Shown: one piece after another, positions 38,023-51,365 of the stretch | Layout: every line of letters starts with the position of its first letter | How positions within the stretch are numbered: the first letter of the stretch is position 1 | Translations under genes and position numbers: made by a program | The notes under the pieces: model-generated | The model's input: the letters and a program-made list of their open reading frames with translations, nothing else | Databases searched by the model: none | What the model was told of the DNA's origin: nothing | Assembly (NCBI GenBank): GCA_032718475.1 | Contig: JAUCBJ010009097.1 | Location: forward strand, 83,821 to 147,820 | From: Nemertoderma westbladi | Taxonomy: Eukaryota > Animalia > Xenacoelomorpha | Reading direction: 5' to 3' | Length of the DNA stretch: 64,000 bases

Positions 38023-38202
38023 CTAAGAGTTTTCAATTACTATTGGTTCTGGTAGTTGTCCAGGTAAGTTATTTTGGTTGTCAACATTTTTTCCAATTAA
38101 ATAATAGGTCATAAGTTCACCCTTTCCTTTCACCATTACTTTTCCACGTTGCTCGAAAATAAAACCGTAAATCTCCAACAAATTCTTGGTTTTCTCCACA
38201 AC
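38023..38202 (-). CDS. Terminal coding exon of a transmembrane adenylyl cyclase (ADCY3-like); upstream exons not recognised in the window
   Basis: After a splice acceptor (tttatcttatag) the frame reads VVEKTKNLLEIYGFIFEQRGKVMVKGKGELMTYYLIGKNVDNQNNLPGQLPEPIVIENS*. It contains the class III cyclase C2a motif RG...VKGKG.(L/M).T(Y/F) and resembles vertebrate ADCY3 [35 protein letters not shown] (recalled from memory). Confidence 0.88.
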   Translation of the reverse strand, partial: VVEKTKNLLEIYGFIFEQRGKVMVKGKGELMTYYLIGKNVDNQNNLPGQLPEPIVIENS

Positions 38203-39365
38203 CTATAAGATAAACAATATTGAATTCGCAAGAAATATTTGATGATTTAAAATAAGCAATGAAATATTTAATGTGGATCATATTTAATACATCTACCAAC
38301 TCAATATTTGACACAGTGATAATTGTTGTAATAGGGATTACAAACTGCATATTTCGATATGAAAACTTTAATTATCGTGGCGTGACGCCGCTCTTAAATT
38401 CGCACAGGAGATAGTAGTAGTAACCGTATTTTAAGCCCGCTTACTTTCGTGGATCGCCCCACAAGTAGTACCTGTACCAGTACATAATTTACATATGTAG
38501 TACTAATCACACAATCATCCACTTCCACTCCTTTGCTGACTTTTCCTGAGTCTAACTACTCTACTATATCCTAATGCAGTCCCCAGCTAATATATCCTAA
38601 TGATAGCCCAAAAAATTTAGAAATTCAACACACCTATTAAATAATGAAAAAATGTGTACAAAATGGCATGATCAATATCACTATGCTTTAATTTTAATGG
38701 AACTAGATCCACAGCTAGTAGTGCGAACTTTAGAATTATGATATGGAGGCGCCAGCAGGTTGAACAATTATAGAAAATGGTATTAGTAATAAATAGTGAG
38801 TAGTTTTAAAATTTTCAACTGCTCATGTAAAAAAAAAAGCGAATTTTACGCATATGCCCAACCCAGATGCCTGTATGCCCTTGGTGAATGCGTATTTTTG
38901 TGGTCAAACTGGGCTATTCTGTGGTCGTTTTCGGCCAAATTATTCCTCAACTGGCAGGAAACTGTATTACTGTATTACATCAGTTGCACCATCAGACTCA
39001 GTCTGTTCAAACTGACACTTAGGTTTGGAAGGACATTGACCAGTCTGCGTTTCTCCAGTCTGCTGCTAGAGGGCGAAATGATACTTTGTAGTTATCTACG
39101 ACAGCATAGTTTGTATCTGTACGGAGTCGCAGTGTCGACTGCAGTTCGCCGCTAGATGGCAAAATATCTGAAAGTGAACATCTTCTCCAACTATGATATT
39201 TACAATCCATTTAGACTGAAAATTGCTATCATCTACTACAGCATAGGTGGTATCTTTACAGAAATGCAGCGCCGTGTGCATTACACCAATATGCAGGTAG
39301 AGTGTGAAATTTCTGAAAGTTAACATTTTCTCGAACTTTTGTTATTTACTTACAATTGCTGTTAA

Positions 39366-40571
39366 TGTAAAGGCTTTTGCGGATATAACCAGTCATTTTT
39401 CTCCGCAATGAACTGTTTAGTTGCTTTAGCGGACATAACAAGCCATTTTTCCCGCAAAGTACTGTGTAGGTGTTTTAGCGGACATAAAAAGCCATTTTTT
39501 CTGTATGTGTACTTTAGCGGACATAACAAGCCATTTTATGCCGCAATACGCCAAATACTCTTAACACAGTGTAATTCAGATGACGAAATCTATCAGCTGA
39601 TTTAATGTCGATGTGGAGCTTTCTTAACTCTCTTTGTTCGGCTCACTCGACCAATCAGAGCGATTTTCATTTTATTTGCACAGAAGCCTACGGGAAATCA
39701 CGCAATGCATGACGGTCTTTGTTTACCTTTTCCTGAGCCCCAGAACATCGGCTTTGGAATTATTCTGAGTTTCAGACTTTAGCCAAACATTCGACGGCTT
39801 TGATTATAGGAACGTATAACTGTTATCAAACCAAGTCACGCAGTGTCAGACTCAAATCACCATACATACCTGTCCTACCGCATTATTTTACTTCTGTTTA
39901 CTGTCGGTTATTAATTGTTAGAAGTTGATGGATATGTTGTTATATTTGGAGAATATCGATAAATAATCATAAAACCCCAATCTTCTTGATATACTGAAGG
40001 TTAGAGAGACCGGTTACCTGTAGCAATTGCGACTTACATTATAGTAGTTTTGGAGTGAATTGAATGCTATTTCATAATCCCTACATGTGTCAGTTACTAT
40101 TCTCCTTATATATGATCAAATTTAGTGAAGGTCGGCAGATCAGTGTGCAGCAGTGTGCGGTAGTGTGCATGAGTGTGACAGATAACGAAGCATTTCCTAA
40201 AGAATGCGCTTTATACGAAAATCATTAGCCATCCCGTTGTGTTTAGTGTAAGTCATAACTCTGTTTACATACTTAGAGCGCCACGTCCTAAAGGAACTGT
40301 TAATATTTCCCGAAAGTAAATAATATTTGTCAGAGATTATATATTAACGATCAATCAAATAGTACAGTAAGTCTACACCGCAATAAGGTCAGAGCCTCCG
40401 TATCCAGTCTCCCTTAACTGTGGGTGAATGGTCGCTCATAGGCTGGCTTCGGCTAATGTAACTTTATATCTTATATGCAACAAATACTTGTTATAGGCTA
40501 AAGTCGATTTATAAACTAGAAGACACCTAAAATTAGCGGGTTAAACTGCTACAGGTCTAAAAGCGCGAACA
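39366..40571 (+). repeat. 5' LTR of element 2 (1206 bp)
   Basis: tgtaaaggcttttgcgg...aagcgcgaaca; it opens with four subrepeats of the type ttagcggacataacaagccatttt (39373-39545). Confidence 0.95.
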
Positions 40572-42400
40572 ATAACAGTTATTTTAGTTTCTTTATTGCA
40601 ACGTAGGCAATAAAGTCGAAAGTACCGGTCGACCGGTAACCTGTAGGCCTAACTACCTAAACACCCGAACCGGTACTTACAGCAGTACAGGTACAGCAGT
40701 ATTATTCGATTTTGGTAATATATACTGGTAGGTCTTGATATTTAATCAGGGACTGCAGCCCTGGTTTTTTATTGGGATTTTACTTATTTCTGTCAGTTTT
40801 ATTTATCTGTAAGTTAATATTGAGCAGAAGGCATGTAAGCCTGCTCAAATTGTACAAGTAATTTGTAGGCTGGATTGTTGTCTGGCTGTTGTCAGGTCCG
40901 AAGAGATTGCAGTGTGTGTAGAGTGTATGTCCGATAAAATACTAGTTAGGAAGGTGGGGGCATCCAGTGTTGTAAGGTAAATCCCCTCCGAAAGAATAAG
41001 TCGTACTACTCGGTTAGAACGCATACTAACTAACCATTTCGGAGTCTGCATATACTGTAGTTTATTTAGGCTTGATAGTAGTCTGTCAGCATTTGGTTTG
41101 TATTTTGTTTGTGTAGTCTGTATGGGTAGCGTAATATTTATTATTCAGAGTTTATGCGATTATTCGCAACATACACAACCCCAAGTTTATTCCTACAGTA
41201 ATTGTGCTTGTTATACATACCGTTATAGTTAAATTAACCCCGGTACTACATCAGGGCTGTTTGGCGTAGGTAAAGACTGGTGATTTTATGCTCTAGTCAC
41301 TCCAGCAGATACCATGGTTCTTTTAGCTGTACAAGTATTTTTAACTGCTGGTTATTTGTTCTATAAGTACTTGTACCTAATTTAGGGTTTAGTGTACAGT
41401 GCTTTCCGAAGGTAATTAGTGTGTTGGCAGTATATTTGTGTTGTAAAGTGGTTAATAGGCACGTTAGCTATGGTTGGCTGCGGTAATTAACTTCTAGATA
41501 GGGACATTCCGGGTACATAACGTAATACTTATAGAGCTGTAAAGCTAGAGACTATAAGTCGTCAGACGGTGGTAATTTCTTATCTAGACAACGCAATATA
41601 TTTACTACTGCTTTATTATTTTCAAATACCGTAGTTTCCTGTCCGTTTGTAAGAACCCGAAATTCTAACCCCTTGTTATGCTGGTTTGTAGATTTCCTGT
41701 AAAATTACCCCTAAAATTTGTACGTGTAACTTTTGTGTTTATTTAGAGATTGTAATCTCACACAGTAATTGTACGTAATTTGTAGTAATAAGTAACTTAG
41801 TAAATTATAATTATTTGTTTTAGTGTCCAATAAGTAGCACTCCACTGAGAGCGTTCAGCTTCTGTGAAGTGACTCCTTACCTAGAAATAATAACATTTAT
41901 TTCAAATATTGTAACAAAAACCCATTAAACGGGTATATATATATTATAAATCAACTCAAGCCGATTTATAAAATAGTAGGCCTGTCATCCATCAATTAGG
42001 TCTTAATATCAGTTGGACTACTGCTTAAATAACGGTAATAAAATAACGTAAAGTAACCCTAAAATTCAGAAATTTAGTTATTATAAAATAATTGACATAC
42101 CGGTATTTACGATAGGCTTATTATATTTATCTCTATAAATTTAAGCTGAAATTAGGCTTATTGTATTTATTTCTATAAATTTATGCTGAAATTATATACC
42201 AGTATTCTGTGATGAACCCTAGTCCGTAATAATACTTATATATACTATAAGTGTATACCGGTATTTTAATATATTGTATATATCACGTTACACTGAGTAA
42301 CGATATCGGTAATTAATTACTAGGCTTATAGTTGATACTTAATTACTAGACTTGCTTTAACTGTAGTTCTAGCAGTAGGCATTCAACTGTACAAACAAAC

Positions 42401-45400
42401 ATGGCTGACACAAAGCAAAACCTGTCAGACAGTCTCCTAGATACAACAATCTGTGATCCAGATAGGAGTGCAGAACGTTTGAGACCGAAGTTCAACTCCC
42501 CTCCTACTGTAAGAAAGGTCATCCCTCCAGTAGTAGTATCAGACCCTAGGCTAGTAAAGTACCTTAGGTCTATCATAGGCACTCGGGCTCAAGTCAAGCG
42601 GGACCAAGAGGCAGCTGTTAAACAACAGCAACACCCGAGCCGAGAACTTATTTCTCAGCGGCCCGATAGCTCCAGTAGTTCAGATACTGTAGAGTTATGA
42701 CACCCGAGCGCGGAGCAAAGATGGCAGATGCAGTTTATTCGGATCCACTTTTCATTCTTCCTGAAGCCGTACTCACTAGAGTATTGATTGCGGTGGAGGA
42801 ACATCAAATTGATTGGGCGAGAAGTAAGCGATCGACCAAGGACAGTTATGCGGGATACACGAAGGAGGAACTGAAGTCTATTGTTGAGTCGCAATGGAAC
42901 TTCCCCGGACCCGGACTCCCGTTTAACTTATTGGAAGCTGCCTGGGAGGACTTATACAGGATGGGAGTGGTAAGGGACACTAGAGATCCAGCTGTGTGGA
43001 AGAGGTCAGCAGCAGGATATGTACAGGGATTCTTCAGCTCTTTGGAGCGATTAGAGGAACAACTGTTTCAACAACCCCAAGGACCTCAAGAGCAGGGAGA
43101 GCTGCTTTATCAAGTTCGAGAAAGAATTCTAAGAATCAGACTAATCCTATTGGCCTTTGAGGAAGCTTCGAAAAGAAGCCAAGACACGTCGTTGCAAGTT
43201 GCCATAAAGACTTGGTTCCAGCGGGTGGGTCTCAAAGTTCAAGGAACGGCCCAGTGGAAAATTCAGCTGGCTGAGCGCTCAACCCACGGAGAATCAACAG
43301 ACGCTACCTTTTCTCAAGTGGAAAGCGAAGCGACAGCAGAGAAACCTCAGAAGAAGGACGCTATTGACATCTATCTGTCGGACTATCAACGATTTCTAGG
43401 TGATGAAGAGTTGAGGAGACGGCTGGCTGGACTTCGTCCTAATAGTGAAGGAGCCAAGTTTGTGTTGGACGCAATAGATGCGGAAATGTTAGCTGCGAAC
43501 CAAGCTAAATTTGATGAAAGCATCCGCATCGCTAGGGTCCAAGAAGAACATGTAAAAAAAAACGTATAGAAGACAGAAAGACAGCAGCAGCGGCAGCGGC
43601 AGAAGTTGAAAGAAAAGCGGCAGTGGCAGCGGCAGAGGCAGAGGCTGAAAGAAAAGCGGCAGAAGCGGAAAGAAAAGCGGCAGAAGTGGAAAGGAAAGCG
43701 GCAATGGCAGCGGCAGAAGCGGAAAGAAAAGCGGCAGAAGTGGAAAGGAAAGCGGCAATGGCAGCGGCAGAAGCAGAAAGAAAAGAGGCAGAATTGGAAA
43801 GAAAGGTAGCAGCGGCAGAAGCGGAAAGAAAAGCGGCAGAGGCAGTGGCAGAAGCAGAACGGAGGGCGTCTGAAGAGACCACCCAACTAGAGTTGGAAAA
43901 TCTTCAAGAGAAGCAAGACTACATAGATAAACAGAGAACAGCTAGTCAGTGGCAGATGATAAGTCGATCTACTCCCAAGAGACAGGGATTTACATCATCT
44001 GATGAAGGCGATACAACAGATCCTGAAGGCGGAGGAAATAGATCTCGTCTCAGCAGGCGTAGAAGAACGCCCCACCGTCAGAAATTGCCTAATTTGCCCC
44101 CAGCTGTGAGAAGGCAACTAGCTAGCACAGACTTAGGTAGTACAGAACCCACAGACCAAATTATTAGAGTAAAAAGACTCCCTACTATAGTAGATGAGCC
44201 TGAAATAATTAGGCCTGTTCACGAAGCCACCCCCTCTGTGATAGAGACCCCTGTACTTCCAGAACCCAACTCTAAATTCCCTTTGCATAGCACTAAACTA
44301 CCTGTGCCCAGTAGAACAGTCCCTGAGACAATTCATGTCCTGGACGGCGAGCGAGACATCAACGCTTTATCGCCCGTCGTCCCTCGTCTACCCGCTACTA
44401 TGTTGGCGGCTCCCGCTTCGGCGGTCGAGTGGGTGGATGAGGGACGGCGGGGGATGGATCTCCTGCTCGGGCAGATGCAGGAGACAGTTCAAGGGAACAG
44501 TAAGGGAAAGTAGGTTAGAGTTGCAAGAAGTGCAGCAGAGTATCGCGTTAGAACGCGATAAATTAGTAAATACACAAAGGGGTATACCACCACCCCCTGT
44601 AACAATGTGTCAACCTGTTAGGTCTGAAGTATTTCATGCGCAAGGTGTGGAGCCTACACGCATCTATACTGCTAGTGAAGTAGAAACTCCTATAGTAAAC
44701 CCTATTAAGGGTAATTATAAACCTGTTGACAATGATATTCCATAAAGACCTGATAATAATCCGAGAAATTTATATACCAATAACTCGATATTAAATAACA
44801 CGATGGCCCAAGAAAGTTTTACGCGTCAAATGGCTAGAACCGAAGCCCGTCAAGCGGTAAAAGTGGGAGAGATCGTCAAGTTCAATGGAGATGAGATGAA
44901 ATGGTTACCTTTTAATGAATATTACAAAGATAACATACAGAACTCTGTACTATCTAACGGAGAGAAACTTAGATTCCTCATCGAGTGTTTGGAAGGACCT
45001 CCCAAGTTAATGGCGTTAAAGTTTATTGGACATCCAGATGGATTAAGACAAGTTTGGGATACACTAAACATCAGGTATGGTAATAGGACAAACATAGCTA
45101 GGTATTTGTATGCAAAATTAGTAGCGCCCCGAAAGTTCCTTAGCAGCGGGATTATAGAGTTTTCCGATGAGATTCAGGAGATCTGTAGACAACTAGATTG
45201 GTTAGGTAAGTCTCATGAATATCAGAGTTCCATGGTTATTGGAGCCGTAGCCTCTACTTTGCCCAAGGGTGGAGTAGGTACTCGCTGGGACAAGAAAGTG
45301 CTCTATATGATGGACCAGCAACAAAGAGACCCTACCATGGCTGATCTCATGTCATTCTTAAATGGAGAGGTAAGATTACAGCTCCTAAAGCAGTCCCGAG

Positions 45401-46023
45401 AGAAGACACCGGAAAATAAGGTAATTGTAAAACCCGTTTCTAGGAGAAAGGTCACCCCAGTGTGTTATACAGATGACGGCGAAAGCCAAACCTCTCAAGA
45501 AGAGAACAGCGGGAAAGACACCGAAAGATCTTACTATGTCAACAAGGCACCCAAGGATGTAAGAAAATGTAAGTCTCGAACCAGTGACAGGAGAGAACAG
45601 ACAACAAAAACTCCTCCCACGTCTCCTAAGAGAATTCAGGGAAGAAAGCCCGAGGAGAGAACAAGTGTGCACAACACTACACAAGGTAAAGTAAGTAACA
45701 TCAAACCAAAATGTGCGTTGTGCGACAGGCCCCACCGTTTAAGTGTGTGTGATGAATTCTTAAAGAAATCCCTAAAAGATAGACGCGAAGTCATGTAGGA
45801 TAAGCGGTTGTGTTATAATTGTCTCAGACAAGGACACCAACGGCGAACCTGTTACTCCGACGCAAGGTGTGCTAAGTGCGGCGCGAAACATCATATCTTA
45901 TTGCACACCGAATTCGAAAGAAACAGCCCGAGTCAGGTAAGTGAGTCCGAACTACATGTCCAATTCAGTGATGTGAACGACACTGACCACAGTTCTGAGA
46001 TGGAAGGATTTTACACAGACTAA
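42401..46023 (+). pseudogene. BEL/Pao gag of element 2, disrupted
   Basis: DUF1759-like KFNGDEMKWLPF...EKLRFLIECLEGPP...VWDTLNIRYG; three BEL knuckles CALCDRPHRLSVC, CYNCLRQGHQRRTC, CAKCGAKHHILLH; AEAERKA coiled-coil repeat at 43580-43870. Confidence 0.88.
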
Positions 46024-46065
46024 TTCTCCGATGAAAACGAATCCTGTTATCAAATAAACACCGCA

Positions 46066-49000
46066 GTGTATCGAGCACTTACATATGAGACTGAAACCGA
46101 TAGTGAGCTCCCCCTAACTATTCCTGACCGACAACCATCTTGGAAAGCGCCAACTTCCAACGTAGGAATCCGAGAATTTCCCGTAGTGCAATTGAGAGTC
46201 CACGGGTTAAAAAAGAGCTATATAGTGAACGCCCTCCTTGACTCCGGCAGCACAGGAACATTCATCGACAAAGAACTAGCCGAAGACATCTTTGCTGGAC
46301 AACCCAAGTTCCGAACTAAGTTGAACCTTTCAGGAATTATGCAGGTTTGGAAATCTACAGTAGCTACAGACTACTATGTAGGCGCGTTGTCCACCCCCCA
46401 GGATGAACTAGGAGAACACAGTATAAGGTCAGTAAAAACGGTGGCGATAAATAACTTCGCTACCAGCCAAGTGGAACCTTATAACTGGGATGAAGATGAT
46501 TTCACCCAGCAGCATGAGATACCTAGATTCAACACCGACTACCCAGGGGTACAAATACTCATCGGCCAAAATGCGCATGAGGCGCTTGAGACATTAGAGA
46601 AACGGCCTGCTCAACCGCAACCACTGCAAACCTATGTGGGAAGAACTAGAGTAGGTTGGTACTTTACTGGACCTTCCCGTAGAACTCTCATGGAAAGGCT
46701 ACCTAAAGAACAAGTCTACCAGGTGAGTGAATGGGAAGAGGAAATCAGTGAGGGAGACGACACACCTGAGGGAACACCATACTCCTCAGATAATGACGAT
46801 ATTCATCAACTATTCGATGAGGAGAATACCATCGACCTCCTTACGGAAAATGAAACTTGGCAAAACCAAGTGAACCTGTGTCACCTCATCCATCCAGCGG
46901 GACAAGTCGATTACAACGACGAACTGAATGAAGTGATAGATCGTTACAATGTGAAGACTCGCGATGAACACGCCGTACGATTCTTTACTCAAGAGGCTGT
47001 AGAGCCCAATTCCTACGATAAGGCCCTATCGGTAGAAGAGGAAAGAGCCAAGCAGATACCGGAAACGACTACGGATTTGTCTAAGTATCCTGAGCACTTA
47101 TTTCGATCCATTGGGATTTATTAGCCCAGTTATATTGATTGCTGGGAGTTTAGTACAACAAATGTGGCTTGAAAACCACTCGTGGGACGATCCACTTAAG
47201 GGAGAACTATTAAAGAAGTGGATGAAATGGGAAGATTCTCTACCATCCATCGAGAATTTTACAATTTCCCGTTCTTATTTTTGGTCACGTTCTCCCCACG
47301 TATTCCTATCAACTCCATGTGTTTGGAGACGCCAGCGACATGGGAATAGGTATAGTAGCCTACCTGAGGGTTGAAACTCCGGATGGAATTAAGGTCGCCT
47401 TGGTTACCTCTAAGGCCTTGATAAACAACAAGTTGAAAGTTCCTCGAGCGGAGTTAAAAGCAGCTCTATACGCTACAGCCATCGGCCGGAATGTAACAGA
47501 ACAGATCGACTATCCTCTGGAGAAAACTGTCTATTGGACCGATGCTTTACTCGTGTTAGAGTATATAACCAATGAAGTCTGTCAGTTCAGCGTCTTCGTT
47601 ACCAACAGAGTAGCCATTATACTTAGTCGCACGAAGATAGATCAATGGAGACATTGCCCTGGGACGATTAATCCAGCCGACATCGCCTCCAGGGGAGCAA
47701 CTCCACAAGAACTGATAGATACTCCAGACTGGTTAGGTGGACCCGACTTCCTAAGCAAGGAAGAGGATGAATGGCCTCCTCATCTTACCACGGCGGAGAT
47801 TAGACAAGCCAAGGGAGCGGAGAAAGTCAAACCTAAAACCCGGGCGAGTAAATCGAAGTTATTTAAACCCATGATAGATCTGTCTGTACTACACATTTCC
47901 GGAGACGACACTTTGGATCCAAAATCCCCCGCCACAAATAAGTCTGTTGTGGAAATCAGAGAGAGAGATTGGAAATCTGGAACACCAGACGTCTCGCAGG
48001 GACTCTCACCCCTCCTGCAGAGAGCGATACATCACTAAAGCTCCTGGAATCGGCTTTGTAAGGCCGTTGCTTATTTAAAGCGATGTTTTCATCATCACCA
48101 CTCCAGGATGAAGATCGCTAGTGATACCGCTCCACTGATATCTGCGCAGGTCTATGTTGTTAAAGATCTTTCCAAATACAAGATATCAGACAGATTTCTG
48201 AAGGAGAGGATCAGTTACCAGGAGCATGAAGAAACCAATAAGCAGATACTGAGACTCCTGCAATGCTATGAGGATTCCGATAAGTATTTCCTGTTGTTGA
48301 GAAATCCACAGATGCGCTTAAGGGATCGTTTCTCTAGCACAATGATAGATGGGTTAATACGCGTTGGAGGAAGACTAACTAATGCTCCATTATCCTTTGA
48401 CACTAAGTTTCCCATACTCATTATAAATCTTGAAATACAAATCAAGATGATTGTAGATGTTCACAGTAAGCTTTACCATGCTGGTAGAGAACGAGTTCTT
48501 AGCGAAATTCGAACTCGCTATTATTTTCATAAACCCCATAGAGCTCTGAACCAAGTTCTTGGGAACTGTATACCCTGTAGGAAAGCATTCAGTAGGCCTT
48601 TAACACAGCGAGAGGCAGAATTACCTAGGGAACGAGTAAGCTTCTATGAACCACCCTTTACTAATACCGGTGTGGATTTATTTGGCCCTATTGAAGTATA
48701 TCGTGCCAGGACTATAGTCAAGCGATGGTGTGTCATCTTTGTCTGTATGACTTGTAGAGCGATCCATTTAGATAACGATCTATCTACCGACAGTTTATAC
48801 TGAGTCTACACCGACAGATCACTCGCTTTGGAACTAGCAACACGATGAGATCTGATAAGGGAACGAACTTCATTGGCGCCAACAATGAAATCAAGGCTTA
48901 CGTCAAAGATTGGAACCAAAGACAGGTGGACGATCAGCTAAGGGTAACAGCGTCTAGCTGGACATTCAACGCCGCCGACGCCCCTTGGTGGGGAGGAAGT

Positions 49001-49666
49001 TGGGAGAGATTAATGAGGAGCGTGAAGACCGCATTTCACTTTATAGTGCCATGCTGCGCGTATCTCACCGACGAACTTTTGCAGACGTTAATGGAGGAAA
49101 TCTCCGCCTATCTCAACAAGAGACCGCTTATGCCAGTCTCATCGAGTCCCGATTCCCTGGAAGTGCTAATACCCGCGCACTTCTTACTGAAGAAACCTGT
49201 AGCCATGCTCCCACGATCGGAAATTACGGACGGAGACAAATACTGCCGACAAACTTGGCAACTTATGCAGTTGTTATCCCGTCGTTTCGCTGACCATTTC
49301 GAAAAACATTACCTGCCTACGCTATAACTTCGAACTAAGTGGTTTGCGCAGCAAGAAAACGTCAGCGCCGGAGACATGGTCCTTATTGTGGAATCAGATC
49401 TTCCACGTAAGCGGTGGCAGACAGGTCGTATCATCGAGACTCATATCTCAGATGATGCTTTGGTGCGATCGGTAGAACTCGTCGTCATGCGACGTAACTT
49501 TAAGAAACCCGGAATTGTGTTCGAAACACAACAACTCAATCGCCCAGTTGGTCGTTTATGTTTACTAGAAAGAGACAGAGAACTCTCCGGAAACTATGGA
49601 AGGCAAGATACTCTTCGCACGACCACCTCCCTAATCCAACCAACATCCAGGGACTCCCCAACGTAA
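46066..49666 (+). pseudogene. BEL/Pao pol of element 2: protease, RNase H and integrase; RT core absent
   Basis: Protease ALLDSGSTGTFI; FDPLGFISP, FGDAS, PRAEL, WTDA, NPADIASRG; integrase HHCC, TGVDLFGP, SDKGTNFIG, WERLMRSVK; DUF5641-like tail. No YVDD-type motif. Confidence 0.92.
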
Positions 49667-50215
49667 CAGCGTCTGGAGTGGGTGTGTGACTATATTATTT
49701 TATATATTTTTATCATTTTATATTTATGTATGTGTTATTATGTACTTTTATTATAATCGTTTTCTTTAATTTTATTTAGTGGAATGTTATTTTAGCGATT
49801 ATCTAGTAGATTAGTGCAATAGAATAGTCTTATTACTTAATTACTTATATTATATATATTTAGTGCGACGGCGAGAAATAATTCTTTTTCTCTTTCCTTA
49901 CTGTCCGTATCATATTATAAATACATGACTACAGTAAGATGAAATGTCTGTACATATTAAAGTACAATAAAGCTCCTACTATACTCAAGTATTATTGGTA
50001 AGTAGAATATTAGGAATGCAAAGTTCAGATCCTCGTGTCTCGGCTAAGCCAAGCTCTGGGTAGACCTTGGAAACGACTTGCCTCTTCTCACTGACATTGC
50101 TTCTTGCAATATTGCTCTCATACCGTATATTAAATAATACATATAGTAGCGTGATGTCCCTTTAACAGTAGCGTACGACGCAAAATAAATCTGTTAAACC
50201 CTTTGACCATCTCTC

Positions 50216-50545
50216 ATTCTAGTCGATTAAGATATCGCAGCACCCACCGATATACTTGAAAGACAAAATTCTAGAATCAGTGGTTAACGTCCCCAGACAA
50301 GTTCTGGAATAAACCGGTGCCCATCTTAAATGTTAACTATTAATATTTATAAAATCTGTCAAACAAATACAATAGAGTAAATACTTACAAGTTAACTCTA
50401 GAAAATATATAAATTAAAATCTGTTAAAATTTAGATCCTTTAAAATTCTAGTCGATTAAGATATCGTAGCACTTACCGATACTCTTAAAAGGACAAATTC
50501 CCTAGAATCAAGGATCCCAGTCCCCAGACATGCTCTGGAATAAAA
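50216..50545 (+). repeat. Diverged ~100-bp direct repeat with hairpin potential in the 3' non-coding region of element 2
   Basis: attctagtcgattaagatatcg...ctagaatca...gtccccagaca...ctggaataaa occurs at ~50216-50313 and ~50445-50544. Confidence 0.8.
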
Positions 50546-51365
50546 TTGTGCTTATTCCAACATTAAATAATAAAATTTACGGGAATAAATTTAAATTCAT
50601 CTCTTTTAATGAATTTGATAAATTGTCATTTTTATACAATTTATAACATTCCCAAAATTCCATTAATTAATAGATCATGGGAGCGGAGATTCACCCTATT
50701 AAGTATATTAGTGAGCGAGAATCTCCAATATATAGTCAATAGCCGATAAAATTCATAAAATCATGTATAAAGAGGAATATTGACAATTAAAGAATTACTA
50801 TTAAATAGCATCCCAGATCTGTATGCATGAGAATTACCCTAATTCTACTGCTAGCTTTCCATAATGTCACCATGGCAACAACCACGCTAGAATTAGAAGT
50901 GAGTTAAAAGAACAATAAAGCTTGCCCCATTGAATAGCATAAGGAATAAATAGCACACTGCTAGTATCCAAGGATACATAATAATAACGTGGCATTCTGG
51001 AAGGCACTTGACTAAAGGACAAATGGCCCGAATGTGTGCGGTTTGTGATAGTTGTGTGGAATTTGTGCGTTTATAGGTGAATGTTACTACTAAAGTGTGT
51101 TTACAGTAGCGAGTCGCAGTTGTGAAAGTAGCTCTACCTCTGCAGTAAGAACCTGAAGTAAATCTAAGCCCTTGGGATGGACAGTGGAGTGACTCGCGCT
51201 GGTTGTTGTTGTCGTTGTGCAGCTACTATGTTGGCGATAGGCACAGCGGCGACAGTACATCAGCGCTGAGGATCTTGCGCTGTCTGGGGGCCGTGAGGGG
51301 TAGGCAGCGACGCCCGCTAGCCTAATTATAACTAATTATAATATTGATAAACTCATATAGCAGCT

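Noticed and set aside
38117-38350. 77-aa track ORF MQFVIPITT...
   Set aside because: Wrong frame; the recognisable coding frame here is the adenylyl cyclase exon 38023-38202.
43386-43886. Cys/Phe-rich, Leu/Pro-rich and Ala/Ser-rich minus-strand ORFs
   Set aside because: Antisense shadows of the AEAERKA gag repeat.
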